Source: Candidatus Niyogibacteria bacterium
GTDB lineage: Bacteria; Patescibacteriota; Minisyncoccia; HO2-45-28
NCBI GenBank assembly: GCA_016432485.1
Contig: CP066691.1
Span: 11,348 to 75,347 of the forward strand
Direction of reading: 5' to 3'
Length of the DNA: 64,000 bases
Shown here in pieces: positions 39,393 to 48,731 of this stretch. A model generated the notes under the pieces. It was not told the origin of the DNA. It saw only the letters and a program-made list of their open reading frames with translations, and did no database searches. The translations under genes and the position numbers were made by a program. How positions within the stretch are numbered: the first letter of the stretch is position 1; the number at the start of each line of letters is the position of its first letter.

Positions 39393-39440
39393 TGTTCACC
39401 CCCTGTCAGGTTTGATTTTACGGAATTTTAGTCTAGCGAA

Positions 39441-39469
39441 ATGATAGCATATCTTGTATCAAAAGTCAA
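39441..39469 (-). promoter_or_regulatory. Sigma70 promoter with extended -10
   Basis: TTGACT-N17-TATCAT with TG. Confidence 0.7.
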
Positions 39470-39485
39470 ATTTTTGTACTGGAAG

Positions 39486-39540
39486 GGTACATTCAACTTT
39501 GAAGCGCAACATTTCTTGCAAAGGCGACGCCTTTGCAAGT
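39486..39540 (+). repeat. 55-bp dispersed repeat copy 1, ending in a 12-bp palindrome
   Basis: 54/55 identical to 40748-40802; cttgcaaaggcg-a-cgcctttgcaag. Confidence 0.9.
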
Positions 39541-39570
39541 CAAAAATATAAAAAGTGTCATGGGGCGCAG
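39541..39570 (+). repeat. SEC-C-tail-like repeat copy 3 (QKYKKCHGA)
   Basis: caa aaa tat aaa aag tgt cat ggg gcg cag. Confidence 0.75.
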
Positions 39571-39638
39571 GGATGTACGAAAATGAAAAGTACCCACGCA
39601 TGGCGGGTACTACGGATTTTGGTGGCTTCCGAGACGGT

Positions 39639-39857
39639 TTAGTCGAAGAGGTAATCGAGTTCCGGGTGCGGTTCTCGAATACCGTTCATAACCATCTCAG
39701 TTTTGCCACACGAGAGACACCGCCAGAGGGCTTCGCTGTGCTCCCATGGAAATTGGTCACCGGGTGGATACTTCATCGAGCTCTCCAGCTCTTGGCATCC
39801 ACCACAGTGATGGCAATCCATGTGGTTTGCACCTTCATGTGGACGCGGCATGGTCAC
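39639..39857 (-). CDS. Small Zn-ribbon-like hypothetical protein
   Basis: CHHC...CLSCG; AGGAGGTG RBS; promoter TTGACA-N18-TATACT (39893-39922); terminator 39586-39611. Confidence 0.6.
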   Translation of the reverse strand: MTMPRPHEGANHMDCHHCGGCQELESSMKYPPGDQFPWEHSEALWRCLSCGKTEMVMNGIREPHPELDYLFD

Positions 39858-40055
39858 CTCCTGTTAAGTTGTTAAGTTGGACTACTGCCTAAAGTATAGC
39901 ATGAAAGTATACGATTTGTCAAGTTTTTGCCCGCATGACATTTTCTATAAACCGACCGATTTGATAAGTTCGAAAATGGAAAAACGGCTTAAAATAAGCA
40001 AAATCCCCGCCTACGCCAAGGCTTCGGCGGGCAGGCCTGCGGTTGGTTATTAAAA

Positions 40056-40114
40056 AAGCAGAAGTGCTGTGCCCTTCCGTAGCTCGAAAAGCGGAGGAGG
40101 GTCATGGTGCGTAG
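40056..40114 (+). repeat. SEC-C-tail-like repeat copy 4, interrupted by a palindromic element
   Basis: aag cag aag tgc tgt g [cccttccgtagctcgaaaagcggaggaggg] t cat ggt gcg tag. Confidence 0.6.
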
Positions 40115-40129
40115 AAAAAAGGCCAGCAA

Positions 40130-40633
40130 TTAAGATTGCCGGACCGAAGATTGAAGCTTTTTGAATTCCTCAATAGAGTAGGTGTCGTGTGTTTGAGGAT
40201 CATCTGGCGTGAAGAGAGTATTAGCAAGAACAATCAGTCCGCTGTCAGGTTGTAGGACTTCGTAAGTATGCAGAATATACGGGGGCATCCAGAGGCCATC
40301 CCCAATGTTAAGAGTATCTTCTCTAATGCTTCCGTGGACATCTTCGCATTTCCATAAAATCTGTCCGTTAAGACAAAAAACGATTTCTTCACGAATATGG
40401 TGAAATTCGGTTCCGCCTATTCTTCCGCAAGGCAAATTCATAACAGTGTATGAACGAAATCCTCGGATGTCACTTGGCACATGCGCAAGCTCGCTTGCGT
40501 CATAACGAAAGAACTGCTGAATGACTTTATTATACGGAAGAGCTAATAGTACCGTGAGTTTACCACCCGACTTGGTATCCCATGGTCCTCGAGGTGAAAA
40601 ACTCATCACATCACGGACTTTGCGATATGCCAT
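40130..40633 (-). CDS. Cupin (WxcM/FdtA-like sugar isomerase domain) protein
   Basis: GGTEFHH.REE...C..G, GLWMPPYILH; promoter TTGACG-N17-TAAAAT (40674-40702). Confidence 0.65.
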   Translation of the reverse strand: MAYRKVRDVMSFSPRGPWDTKSGGKLTVLLALPYNKVIQQFFRYDASELAHVPSDIRGFRSYTVMNLPCGRIGGTEFHHIREEIVFCLNGQILWKCEDVHGSIREDTLNIGDGLWMPPYILHTYEVLQPDSGLIVLANTLFTPDDPQTHDTYSIEEFKKLQSSVRQS

Positions 40634-40747
40634 ACTTAACTTACTCCCTGTAGTGTCTGGAATTCTGTAAAGTATTTTACATTATTGCCCACCGGTCGTC
40701 AAGGAATTAGGGTAATGTGCGCACACTTTTGGCGATTTTTCCTGACT

Positions 40748-40802
40748 GGTACATTCAACTTTGAAGCGCAACATTTCTTGCAAAAGCGACGCCTTTGCAA
40801 GT
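40748..40802 (+). repeat. 55-bp dispersed repeat copy 2
   Basis: One mismatch versus 39486-39540. Confidence 0.9.
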
Positions 40803-40896
40803 TACAAGTCACCCACTACATAACCTTGGCAATAAAAAAATCGCCACGGACCCGATGAATGTGGGGCCCGTGGCGGCGCTCGGATTTTTTGGTCTA

Positions 40897-41379
40897 TTAT
40901 TGATTCGTTGAACGTTGCAGGTGTTTGATATAGTTTTTGGTTTCAAACAGTCCTTCATATAACCCATATAAAAGTTCATATGCGGCTGTCAGGGCTAATT
41001 GGAATAAAATCATAACCGTATAATTGTTATAGTTAAAAGGGTTAGATATCAAGACGGGTATTGCAAATTCTAGATGCCACAGAAGTATCGCCAATAATCC
41101 TCCGAGTATCAAAGCAGATCCAATGCCGCCGGAAAAAGACATAAAGTAAATGTTGGAAGTTTTCATTCTGCTGTCGGGTTTTATCGCGACTTCGCCTATA
41201 TAGCCCGTAAATAGACCGGAGAAGATGCAAAGCCTTGTCTTTAAAATTTTCACATTGCATAGCCGCGCCGCAATCCAGTGCGCGCTTTCATGCAGTATAG
41301 TGGAAATAATGTGCCAAAACAAAAGACCGGAAACCATAAATAATATAGGAAAAAGTACTTCAACTATCAGCGGTCGCAT
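40897..41379 (-). CDS. Membrane protein with HExxH motif (M50-like metalloprotease candidate)
   Basis: ILHESAH after a TM helix; promoter TTGACA-N17-TATTAT (41429-41457); terminator 40834-40876. Confidence 0.55.
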   Translation of the reverse strand: MRPLIVEVLFPILFMVSGLLFWHIISTILHESAHWIAARLCNVKILKTRLCIFSGLFTGYIGEVAIKPDSRMKTSNIYFMSFSGGIGSALILGGLLAILLWHLEFAIPVLISNPFNYNNYTVMILFQLALTAAYELLYGLYEGLFETKNYIKHLQRSTNQ

Positions 41380-41499
41380 ACTTTTTCTCCTTTTAAAGGT
41401 GCTCGGTTATTTCAGAATGCCGTTATAAATAATAGCATATCCGTTTTATCATGTCAAATTTTCCTTTTCTCGCGTATAAAAATATGATAAAGTTTTTTA

Positions 41500-42204
41500 A
41501 TGGCGTACAAAGTAAAAACTGAGAAATTTGAAGGACCGTTTGACGCGCTTTTAGACCTGATTGAAGAAAAGAAACTTTCAATCAGTGAAATTTCTTTGGC
41601 TCAAGTATGTGAGGACTATTTGAAGCATTTTAAAACCTTGGGTGATATTTCGCGCTCGGAAGCCGCCTCTTTTTTGGCCGTTGGAGCAACCCTGATGCTT
41701 ATAAAATCGCGGACACTCCTACCGGCTCTGGAACTTACGCCCGAGGAGGAAGAATCCATTGAGGAACTGGAAAATCGCCTGAAATTATTAAGAAAGTTCA
41801 GGTCCCTTGCCAGGAATATTCACGAATACGGCGCGAGAAACACTCCGCTTTTTTCGCGGGAGGCTTTCAGTGGCCATGAATTCGGTTTTTTGCCCCCTGA
41901 AAAAGTGACGATTTCGCTCCTTCAAAAGTTGGCCGGAAGAATAATTGATACCCTGCCTAAAACGGATTTGCTTCTTGAGCGCACATTGGTTAAAGTTATC
42001 ACTATTGAAGAAAAAACCCGCGAATTGATGGGGCGCATACAAAACCGTCTCTCCGGATCTCTTGAAAAGATTATTTCGGCCAAAGATAAAATTGAGCTGA
42101 TTGTCGGATTTCTGGCGCTTTTGGAATTAATCAAGCAGGGAATTTTCGAAATTGAGCAGAAAAGCCCTTTTGGCGAAGTGGAATTAAAAAAAGCACCCGT
42201 TTAA
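41500..42204 (+). CDS. scpA: Segregation and condensation protein A
   Basis: FEGPFDALLDLI, IKSRTLLP, FLALLEL. Confidence 0.9.
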   Translation: MAYKVKTEKFEGPFDALLDLIEEKKLSISEISLAQVCEDYLKHFKTLGDISRSEAASFLAVGATLMLIKSRTLLPALELTPEEEESIEELENRLKLLRKFRSLARNIHEYGARNTPLFSREAFSGHEFGFLPPEKVTISLLQKLAGRIIDTLPKTDLLLERTLVKVITIEEKTRELMGRIQNRLSGSLEKIISAKDKIELIVGFLALLELIKQGIFEIEQKSPFGEVELKKAPV

Positions 42205-42205
42205 A

Positions 42206-42748
42206 ATGAACAGTTTAACTAAAAGGATAGAAGCCATACTTTTTATTCACGGAGAACCCGTGGCGCTTGAAAGATTGGTTAAGATTTTGGGTATAGACAT
42301 CACCGAAATTCGTAAAGCCGCCGAAGAACTGGACCAGCGGCTGATTGATACGGCTTTGACTTTAGTCTGGAAAGGAAATGACCTTCAATTAGTTACGCGC
42401 CCCGCCTTATCAAAGGACGTTGAGGTTTTGGTTAAAGAGGAAATGTCCAAGGAAATAAGCCGCGCTTCGTCCGAGACGCTCGCGATTGCAGCCTATCGCG
42501 GCCCTTTGACCAGAGCTGAAATAGACTATATCCGCGGCGTTAATTCTTCCTACACCTTAAGAAATCTTTTGATCCGCGGACTGATAGAAAGAAAAACAAA
42601 CCCAAAAGACGCGCGGACGTATATATATCAGGTTTCAATTGATTTTCTTAAATTTCTTGGTCTTGCCAAATTAGAAGAATTGCCGGAATACGCCGGGTTT
42701 TCGGATAAGCTCGGACAATTTTTATCCGACAAGCCCAAAGAAAAATGA
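42206..42748 (+). CDS. scpB: Segregation and condensation protein B
   Basis: IEAILF, ETLAIAAYRGP.TRAEIDYIRGVNS. Confidence 0.92.
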   Translation: MNSLTKRIEAILFIHGEPVALERLVKILGIDITEIRKAAEELDQRLIDTALTLVWKGNDLQLVTRPALSKDVEVLVKEEMSKEISRASSETLAIAAYRGPLTRAEIDYIRGVNSSYTLRNLLIRGLIERKTNPKDARTYIYQVSIDFLKFLGLAKLEELPEYAGFSDKLGQFLSDKPKEK

Positions 42749-43719
42749 TGCGATACGCGCTTTTTTTGCTTATATTGGTTTTGTTTGCCGGAGTCGGCGT
42801 CTCGCGGCCCGATATTAAAATCGCGCGGCCTGATGCGTATTTTTTTACCGCAAGTCCGTCCGCCGAAAAATATCCTCCGGAAATTGTTGATCCGTTTAAG
42901 GATTTAACCATTGAAGCCGAGTCAGCCGTTCTTTTGGATTTATCCGGCGATAAAATAATTTTCAAAAAAAATTCCGATTTTGAGCGGCCTTTGGCCAGTT
43001 TGACCAAGTTGGTTACGGCGGCTGTTTTTTATGATTTGGTTGAGGACATTTTATCTGCCGAAAACGCCGGTTTGCCGATCGGGCAGGAATCAGCCTCTAT
43101 TGTTATCCCCATAACTTCGGAAGCCGTAAAGCAGGAAGGCGATGATGGATTTTTGGTAAACGAATCTTTTCGGGCCGAGGATTTAGTGTCGGCGATGCTG
43201 GTCAGGTCTTCAAATGACGCGGCTTACGCTTTGTCTTCCTGGCTGCAGAAAAAATCCAATAAACCCGACTCCTTATGGTTTGTAAATGAAATGAATGTTT
43301 TTGTAAGCGGCATCGGTTTGCACCAAACTTATTTTTTAAATCCCACGGGGTTAGATGTTGACGATTATCTTGCGGGGGCCTATGGTACTGCCGAGGAAAT
43401 GGCCCGTCTTTTTTCGTGGCTGATAAAAAACAAGTTTGACATTATTTCCGCGACATCCGGGCCGCAGATCACCGTTTATTCCGTTCAAGGAAAGAAACAT
43501 ATTTTTGAATCAATCGCCGTCCCCGTAATGCCCATTCCCGAACTTATATCGGCCAAAACAGGCTATACTGAACTTGCGGGAGGAAACCTTGTTTTTGCTT
43601 TTGGCCTTGGAGTCGGGCGTCAGTTTATCGCAGTCGTTTTAGGGTCGTCTTATGAAGGAAGGTTTGAGGACGCCATGAAACTTTACGCGGCTGCCTCCCG
43701 ATACGTTAAAAATTTATGA
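42745..43719 (+). CDS. D-alanyl-D-alanine carboxypeptidase (S11)
   Basis: ASLTK (SxxK), SSN, NPTGL, KTGYT. Confidence 0.85.
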   Translation: MMRYALFLLILVLFAGVGVSRPDIKIARPDAYFFTASPSAEKYPPEIVDPFKDLTIEAESAVLLDLSGDKIIFKKNSDFERPLASLTKLVTAAVFYDLVEDILSAENAGLPIGQESASIVIPITSEAVKQEGDDGFLVNESFRAEDLVSAMLVRSSNDAAYALSSWLQKKSNKPDSLWFVNEMNVFVSGIGLHQTYFLNPTGLDVDDYLAGAYGTAEEMARLFSWLIKNKFDIISATSGPQITVYSVQGKKHIFESIAVPVMPIPELISAKTGYTELAGGNLVFAFGLGVGRQFIAVVLGSSYEGRFEDAMKLYAAASRYVKNL

Positions 43720-44774
43720 TTCTCAACGTTTTTAAAGTTTTCGGCCTTTCAATTATTGCTTTTTTTGTCGGCATTCTTCTTACGCCTATTTTTACCCGCT
43801 ATCTTTATAAATATAAAATGTGGCGTAAGGACGCGCGGCAGTTTGCCCCCGATGGTTCTCCGACGCCTATTTTCAGCGAATTGCATAAGGGGCGCGAAAC
43901 AAGCGTGCCGCGGCTTGGCGGAGTTTTAATTTGGTTTGTCCCCTTGGTGATAATTGCCGTAATTGGTTTCCTGTCTTCTTTTTTTCCGTCAAATTTTGTT
44001 TTGCACAAATTAAATTTTTTAAGCCGGGACCAGACTTGGCTGCCTCTTTTTACTTTAATCGCCGCGGCTCTAGTCGGGCTGGCTGACGATCTTCTGCAAA
44101 TTTTCGGAAGGGGAAAATATATAGCCGGCGGCATGCGTTTTTCAAGAAGGCTTGCCATGATAATTCTCATTGCCGCGGCAGGAGCCTGGTGGTTTTATTC
44201 TAAATTGGGAGTTGATTCGGTTTTTATTCCTTTTTTCGGAGATTTTTCTTTAGGACTTTTGTTCCCCTTATTTTTTGTTTTGGTTATGGTCGCCACTTTT
44301 TCGGGCGGAGTGATTGACGGGCTGGATGGATTAGCCGGCGGGGTGCTGGCCGCGGCGTTCTCGGCTTATGCCGGCATTGCTTTTTTCCAGAATCAAATTG
44401 ACCTTGCCGCATTTTCGGGGGTGATAATCGGCTCGCTCCTTGCCTTTTTGTGGTATAACATTCCGCCCGCCAGATTTTATATGGGTGAGTCGGGCATAAT
44501 GGGGCTTACTACGACTTTGACGGTGCTCGCATTTCTGACCGATTCGGTCTTGGTTTTGCCGATTATCGCTTTGCCGCTTGTTTTGGCATCAGCTTCCAGT
44601 TTGATCCAGCTTTTATCCAAAAAGTTTTTTGGGCGGAAAATTTTTAAAGTGGCGCCTTTGCATCATCATTTAGAAGCCATAGGCTGGCCGGCTTACAAAG
44701 TAACCATGCGTTTTTGGGTGGTGGCCGTGGTTTTTTCGGTGATAGGAATGGTTTTAACTTTGATTGGGCGTTAA
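43716..44774 (+). CDS. mraY: Phospho-N-acetylmuramoyl-pentapeptide transferase
   Basis: GLADD, DGLDGL, PARFYMG, APLHHHLE..GW. Confidence 0.9.
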   Translation: MILNVFKVFGLSIIAFFVGILLTPIFTRYLYKYKMWRKDARQFAPDGSPTPIFSELHKGRETSVPRLGGVLIWFVPLVIIAVIGFLSSFFPSNFVLHKLNFLSRDQTWLPLFTLIAAALVGLADDLLQIFGRGKYIAGGMRFSRRLAMIILIAAAGAWWFYSKLGVDSVFIPFFGDFSLGLLFPLFFVLVMVATFSGGVIDGLDGLAGGVLAAAFSAYAGIAFFQNQIDLAAFSGVIIGSLLAFLWYNIPPARFYMGESGIMGLTTTLTVLAFLTDSVLVLPIIALPLVLASASSLIQLLSKKFFGRKIFKVAPLHHHLEAIGWPAYKVTMRFWVVAVVFSVIGMVLTLIGR

Positions 44775-44794
44775 GCTTTTAGGGGGAAACGTTT

Positions 44795-46480
44795 ATGTTT
44801 TGGAATAAGTATAAAAATTTTGTCCGTAAAGATATTGAACCGGATGAAATTTTTATGGACTCCGCGAATTTGCCGGGATTTGAACGCGGTCTTTTTGAGG
44901 GCCGTATTGAAGCCCCGCTTTCAAACAGGGTGCCTTATTCCGTTTTCGCCGTTTTTTTATTTGTGGCATTCGCGGCATTGGCGCTTTTGATTCGTCTTCA
45001 GGTAATTAATCATGACGCGTATTTAGCCAGAGCCGAGAATAACACTCTTACGCGCGTAAGACTTTCAGCCGAACGGGGGCTTATTTATGATCGGAATATG
45101 AATGAACTTGCCTGGAATTCTTCCGACGGCAGGGCTTACTGGAAAGATTCCGGGTTGGCGCATATTTTGGGCTATCTGGGATATCCGGATAAGATTTTGG
45201 CAGGTATTGATCCAAAATCCAGGGTAGGCAGAGGCGGCATTGAAGCGGTTTACGAAGAACTTTTGCGCGGAAAAGATGGCTCCAGGCTTATTGAAGAAAG
45301 CGCTGACGGCGATATTTTATCCCAGAGTGTTGAATTGGAACCGGTAAACGGAAAGAGCGTTGTTTTGACTATTGATGCCGAGATGCAGTCCAAATTTTTT
45401 TCCATCGTGGAGGAGGTGGTTAAAACCCGCGGTTTTCGCGCCGGAGCCGGCGCGGTTATAGACGTTCAAACCGGAGAGATTTTGGCGGCGGTAAGTTTTC
45501 CGGAATTTAGTTCCGAGGTTTTGTCGCAGAGTTCTTCCGAGGAAGAAATTATTTCTTATTTGAAAAGCGGCAGCCAGCCCTTTTTTTTCCGGGCGTTTGA
45601 AGGCCTTTACGCTCCCGGCTCTATTTTTAAAACCGTCGTCGCGTTGGCCGCGCTTAGTGAAAAAATTATAGATCCCGCGAAACAAATTTTTAGCGCCGGA
45701 AGCATATCCATACCCAACCCTTATTTTCCGGACCAATCCAGCACTTTTTATGATTGGAAGGCCCACGGTTGGGTTGATATGCGTCGGGCTCTGGCCGTTT
45801 CGTCAAACATTTATTTTTATACGGTTGGCGGCGGGTTCGGAAATCAGAATGGTCTGGGAGTAAAAAAAATAACGGACTACGCCTTAAGGATGGGGCTTGG
45901 GAAAAAGGTCGGCGTGGAACTTGCGGAGTCTGAAGGGTTTTTGCCGAGTCCTGAATGGAAAGAAAAAAACGACCCTTTGGATCCGGTCTGGCGCATAGGC
46001 GATACTTACAATTTAAGCATCGGCCAGGGGATGGTACAGGTTACGCCTCTGCAAATGGCCTCTGTTGTCGCGACCATATCCCGAGGCGGCGTAAGTTCGG
46101 ATATTCATCTGGTCAAAGGAACGATGCTGCGGGATAAATTTGATCCGATTAATTTGCAGCCGGATAAAAAAGCGGATATACCCGATGATGCATTTGAGAT
46201 TGTAAAAGAGGGGATGAAGCAGGCCGCTGAATATGGTACTGCCTCGGCCCTTTCCGGCTTGGGGGTGAAAGTCGGCGGCAAGACGGGGACAGCCGAGATA
46301 GGTTCGGAAAAAAAGAAAGTAAATTCATGGCTCCTCGGATTTATGCCGTATGATAATCCAAGAATGGCTGTGTCCATTGTCTTGGAAGCGGGAAACTCTC
46401 AAAATTTAGTTGGCGCTACGTACGCGGCCAGAGAGTTGATTTTATGGCTTGTGGAAAACAGGCCTGAATATTTGCGCTGA
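44795..46480 (+). CDS. mrdA: Class B penicillin-binding protein (PBP2-like)
   Basis: RGLIYDRN, PGSIFK, SSNIYFY, IGQG, KTGTAE. Confidence 0.8.
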   Translation: MFWNKYKNFVRKDIEPDEIFMDSANLPGFERGLFEGRIEAPLSNRVPYSVFAVFLFVAFAALALLIRLQVINHDAYLARAENNTLTRVRLSAERGLIYDRNMNELAWNSSDGRAYWKDSGLAHILGYLGYPDKILAGIDPKSRVGRGGIEAVYEELLRGKDGSRLIEESADGDILSQSVELEPVNGKSVVLTIDAEMQSKFFSIVEEVVKTRGFRAGAGAVIDVQTGEILAAVSFPEFSSEVLSQSSSEEEIISYLKSGSQPFFFRAFEGLYAPGSIFKTVVALAALSEKIIDPAKQIFSAGSISIPNPYFPDQSSTFYDWKAHGWVDMRRALAVSSNIYFYTVGGGFGNQNGLGVKKITDYALRMGLGKKVGVELAESEGFLPSPEWKEKNDPLDPVWRIGDTYNLSIGQGMVQVTPLQMASVVATISRGGVSSDIHLVKGTMLRDKFDPINLQPDKKADIPDDAFEIVKEGMKQAAEYGTASALSGLGVKVGGKTGTAEIGSEKKKVNSWLLGFMPYDNPRMAVSIVLEAGNSQNLVGATYAARELILWLVENRPEYLR

Positions 46481-46499
46481 TTATGTTATGCTTTTGGGG

Positions 46500-46528
46500 T
46501 TGACTTTCTTTTTAAAAAAGACTATACT
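46500..46528 (+). promoter_or_regulatory. Sigma70 promoter of greA-lysS
   Basis: TTGACT-N17-TATACT. Confidence 0.65.
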
Positions 46529-46567
46529 TCTTTGATTGTTTAAGTCGCGATATAAAAATTTATTAAA

Positions 46568-47044
46568 ATGAATAATTTTCAAGACGCTGAATATTTGAGT
46601 CAGGAAGGTTTTGACCGCCTGAAAGCCGAATTAAAGAGCCTGAAGAATGAAAAAAGAAAGGAAATAGCGAGCCGTCTGGAATATGCCAAGGGACTCGGCG
46701 ATCTTTCCGAGAACTCCGAATACCACGAGGCCAAGGAGGCCCAGCTGGAAAATGAAGGCCGGATTGTTGAGTTGGAAGATGTGCTGGCGCGTTCGGTGAT
46801 TATGTCTAAAGCCCCCGCCAAAAATAACGTGGCCATAGGGTCAACCGTGGTTGTGGCTCGCGCCGGTTCTTCCGATTCTTTTACCTATATTCTTGTGGGG
46901 TCTGAAGAATCCAATCCCATTAAATCAAAAATATCTTACGGATCCCCTCTGGGGCGGGCTCTTTTGGGGCGTAAAAAAGGCGAGGAAGTTAAAGTTGTTG
47001 CTCCCAGGGGAGAGATAAAATATAAAATTCTTGATATAATGTAA
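46568..47044 (+). CDS. greA: Transcription elongation factor GreA
   Basis: GDLSENSEY, IS..SPLGRALLG. Confidence 0.95.
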   Translation: MNNFQDAEYLSQEGFDRLKAELKSLKNEKRKEIASRLEYAKGLGDLSENSEYHEAKEAQLENEGRIVELEDVLARSVIMSKAPAKNNVAIGSTVVVARAGSSDSFTYILVGSEESNPIKSKISYGSPLGRALLGRKKGEEVKVVAPRGEIKYKILDIM

Positions 47045-47046
47045 AG

Positions 47047-48504
47047 ATGAGTCTTGATGAAATCAGGTCGGATAGACTGAATAAACTAGCAAAAATTAAA
47101 GCCGCCGGAATTGAGCCATATCCCGTCATAAGCTCGGGATTATTTGATTTAAGCAAGGTAAGGTCAGAATTTAACTCGCTCAAAAAGAAAAAATCGCTGA
47201 TTTTAAGCGGAAGAATTGTAGCTATGCGCGTCCACGGCGGGTCTATTTTTTGCGACATCTTTGACGGCCGCGATAAGTTTCAGGTTTATCTGAAAGAGGA
47301 CGATTTGGGTCGTAACTTCTCGCTTTTTTCGGAATTGGCCGACTCAGGAGATTTTTTTGAGTTCAAAGGCAGGCTTTTTTTAACCAAGAAAAAAGAAAAA
47401 ACCCTTTTGGTTTCCGGCTGGCGGATTTTAGCCAAAAGTTTAAGGCCGCTTCCCGAAAAATGGCATGGCCTGCAAGATGTTGAAGAAAGATACCGCCGGC
47501 GCTATCTGGATTTATTGTCAAATCCGGAAGTGCGCGAGCGTTTTGACAAGCGCACAAAGATTGTTACGGAAATCAGAAAATTTCTGGACAAGTTGGGGTT
47601 TCAGGAAGTTGAAACGCCGCTTTTGCACGCGCTTGCCGGAGGGGCCGCGGCCAAGCCCTTTAAAACCCACCATAACGCGCTGGACTACGAATTTTATCTG
47701 CGCATAGCTCCGGAACTTTATTTAAAAAGGCTGCTTATCGGCGGAATGGAAAAGCTTTATGAAATCGGGCGAAATTTCAGGAACGAAGGCGTTGACGTTT
47801 CTCATAATCCGGAATTCACGATGCTTGAACTTTACGAATCGTTTTCAGACGCGGAAAATCATCGGGATTTTGTTGAGAAACTTTTAAAACATTTGGTTAA
47901 AACCATAAATAAGTCCTTGATTGTCAAGTATCAGGGGAGTGAAATGAATTTCGGAAAAAAATTTGTCTCCATCACTTTTGAAGACGCTTTGAGCCGGTTT
48001 GCCCTGGTAAATAATTATAAAAAAATATCGGAAGAAGAATTAAAACTTAAAGCCAAACAGTTCGGCATAGAGCTGGAGCACGGAGATTTTAAGGCAAAAA
48101 TTGCCGATAAAATTTTTAAAAAGATTTGCCGTCCTAAAATAATACAGCCGACTTTTGTTTTGTATTATCCTTTGGAAATTTTGCCTTTGGCTAAAGAATC
48201 AGGCGAGTATCCGGGGATGGCAGATATGTATCAGTTAGTCATAGGCGGTTTGGAATTAGTTAAGGGTTTTTCGGAATTGAACAATCCTTCCGAACAGCGC
48301 CTGCGTTTTGAAGCGCAGGAAGAAATGCGTAAAGCAGGCGACCAGGAAGCAAGCCGAATGGACGAAGAATATCTTGAAGCAATGGAATACGGCATGCCTC
48401 CGGCGGCAGGTTTGGGCATGGGCATTGACCGTTTAGTTATGTTTTTGACTAATACCGCCAATATCCGCGAAGTCATCCTTTTTCCCACACTGCGTCCGGA
48501 ATAA
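47047..48504 (+). CDS. lysS: Lysine--tRNA ligase (class II)
   Basis: RYRRRYLDL, GGAAAKPF.TH, LRIAPELYLK, HNPEFTMLE, YGMPP..G.G.GIDRL. Confidence 0.95.
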   Translation: MSLDEIRSDRLNKLAKIKAAGIEPYPVISSGLFDLSKVRSEFNSLKKKKSLILSGRIVAMRVHGGSIFCDIFDGRDKFQVYLKEDDLGRNFSLFSELADSGDFFEFKGRLFLTKKKEKTLLVSGWRILAKSLRPLPEKWHGLQDVEERYRRRYLDLLSNPEVRERFDKRTKIVTEIRKFLDKLGFQEVETPLLHALAGGAAAKPFKTHHNALDYEFYLRIAPELYLKRLLIGGMEKLYEIGRNFRNEGVDVSHNPEFTMLELYESFSDAENHRDFVEKLLKHLVKTINKSLIVKYQGSEMNFGKKFVSITFEDALSRFALVNNYKKISEEELKLKAKQFGIELEHGDFKAKIADKIFKKICRPKIIQPTFVLYYPLEILPLAKESGEYPGMADMYQLVIGGLELVKGFSELNNPSEQRLRFEAQEEMRKAGDQEASRMDEEYLEAMEYGMPPAAGLGMGIDRLVMFLTNTANIREVILFPTLRPE

Positions 48505-48530
48505 GTAAAATATTTAGGAAATTAAAATTA

Positions 48531-48565
48531 AAGACGGGCTCCGACGATATTTGTCGGAGCCCGTT
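48531..48565. terminator. GC-rich hairpin after lysS
   Basis: acgggctccgacgatatttgtcggagcccgt. Confidence 0.7.
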
Positions 48566-48731
48566 CGGGTCTCTCGGTTCTCTCCTCTGTTATTTTGTTT
48601 ATCTCAGAAGATGTAGTCCGCCTCCAGCGGGTAGTCCTCCTGGGTGTTCTTGAGTCTCGCTGTGGGCGGGGCGAGCGTCGGAAACCGAGGGTGTCCGAGA
48701 CCGAGGGTCGGAACAATTTTGCCTCGGATAG

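Noticed and set aside
39454-39642. 62-aa plus-strand ORF containing KYKKCHGA as a real gene
   Set aside because: It overlaps a promoter, a palindrome and a terminator and has no RBS; treated as a repeat remnant
39486-40802. CRISPR array from the 55-bp repeat
   Set aside because: Only two copies, 1.26 kb apart, with genes between them
43050-43087. Possible palindromic insertion in the carboxypeptidase (LSAENAGLPIGQE)
   Set aside because: Too degenerate to support without an alignment
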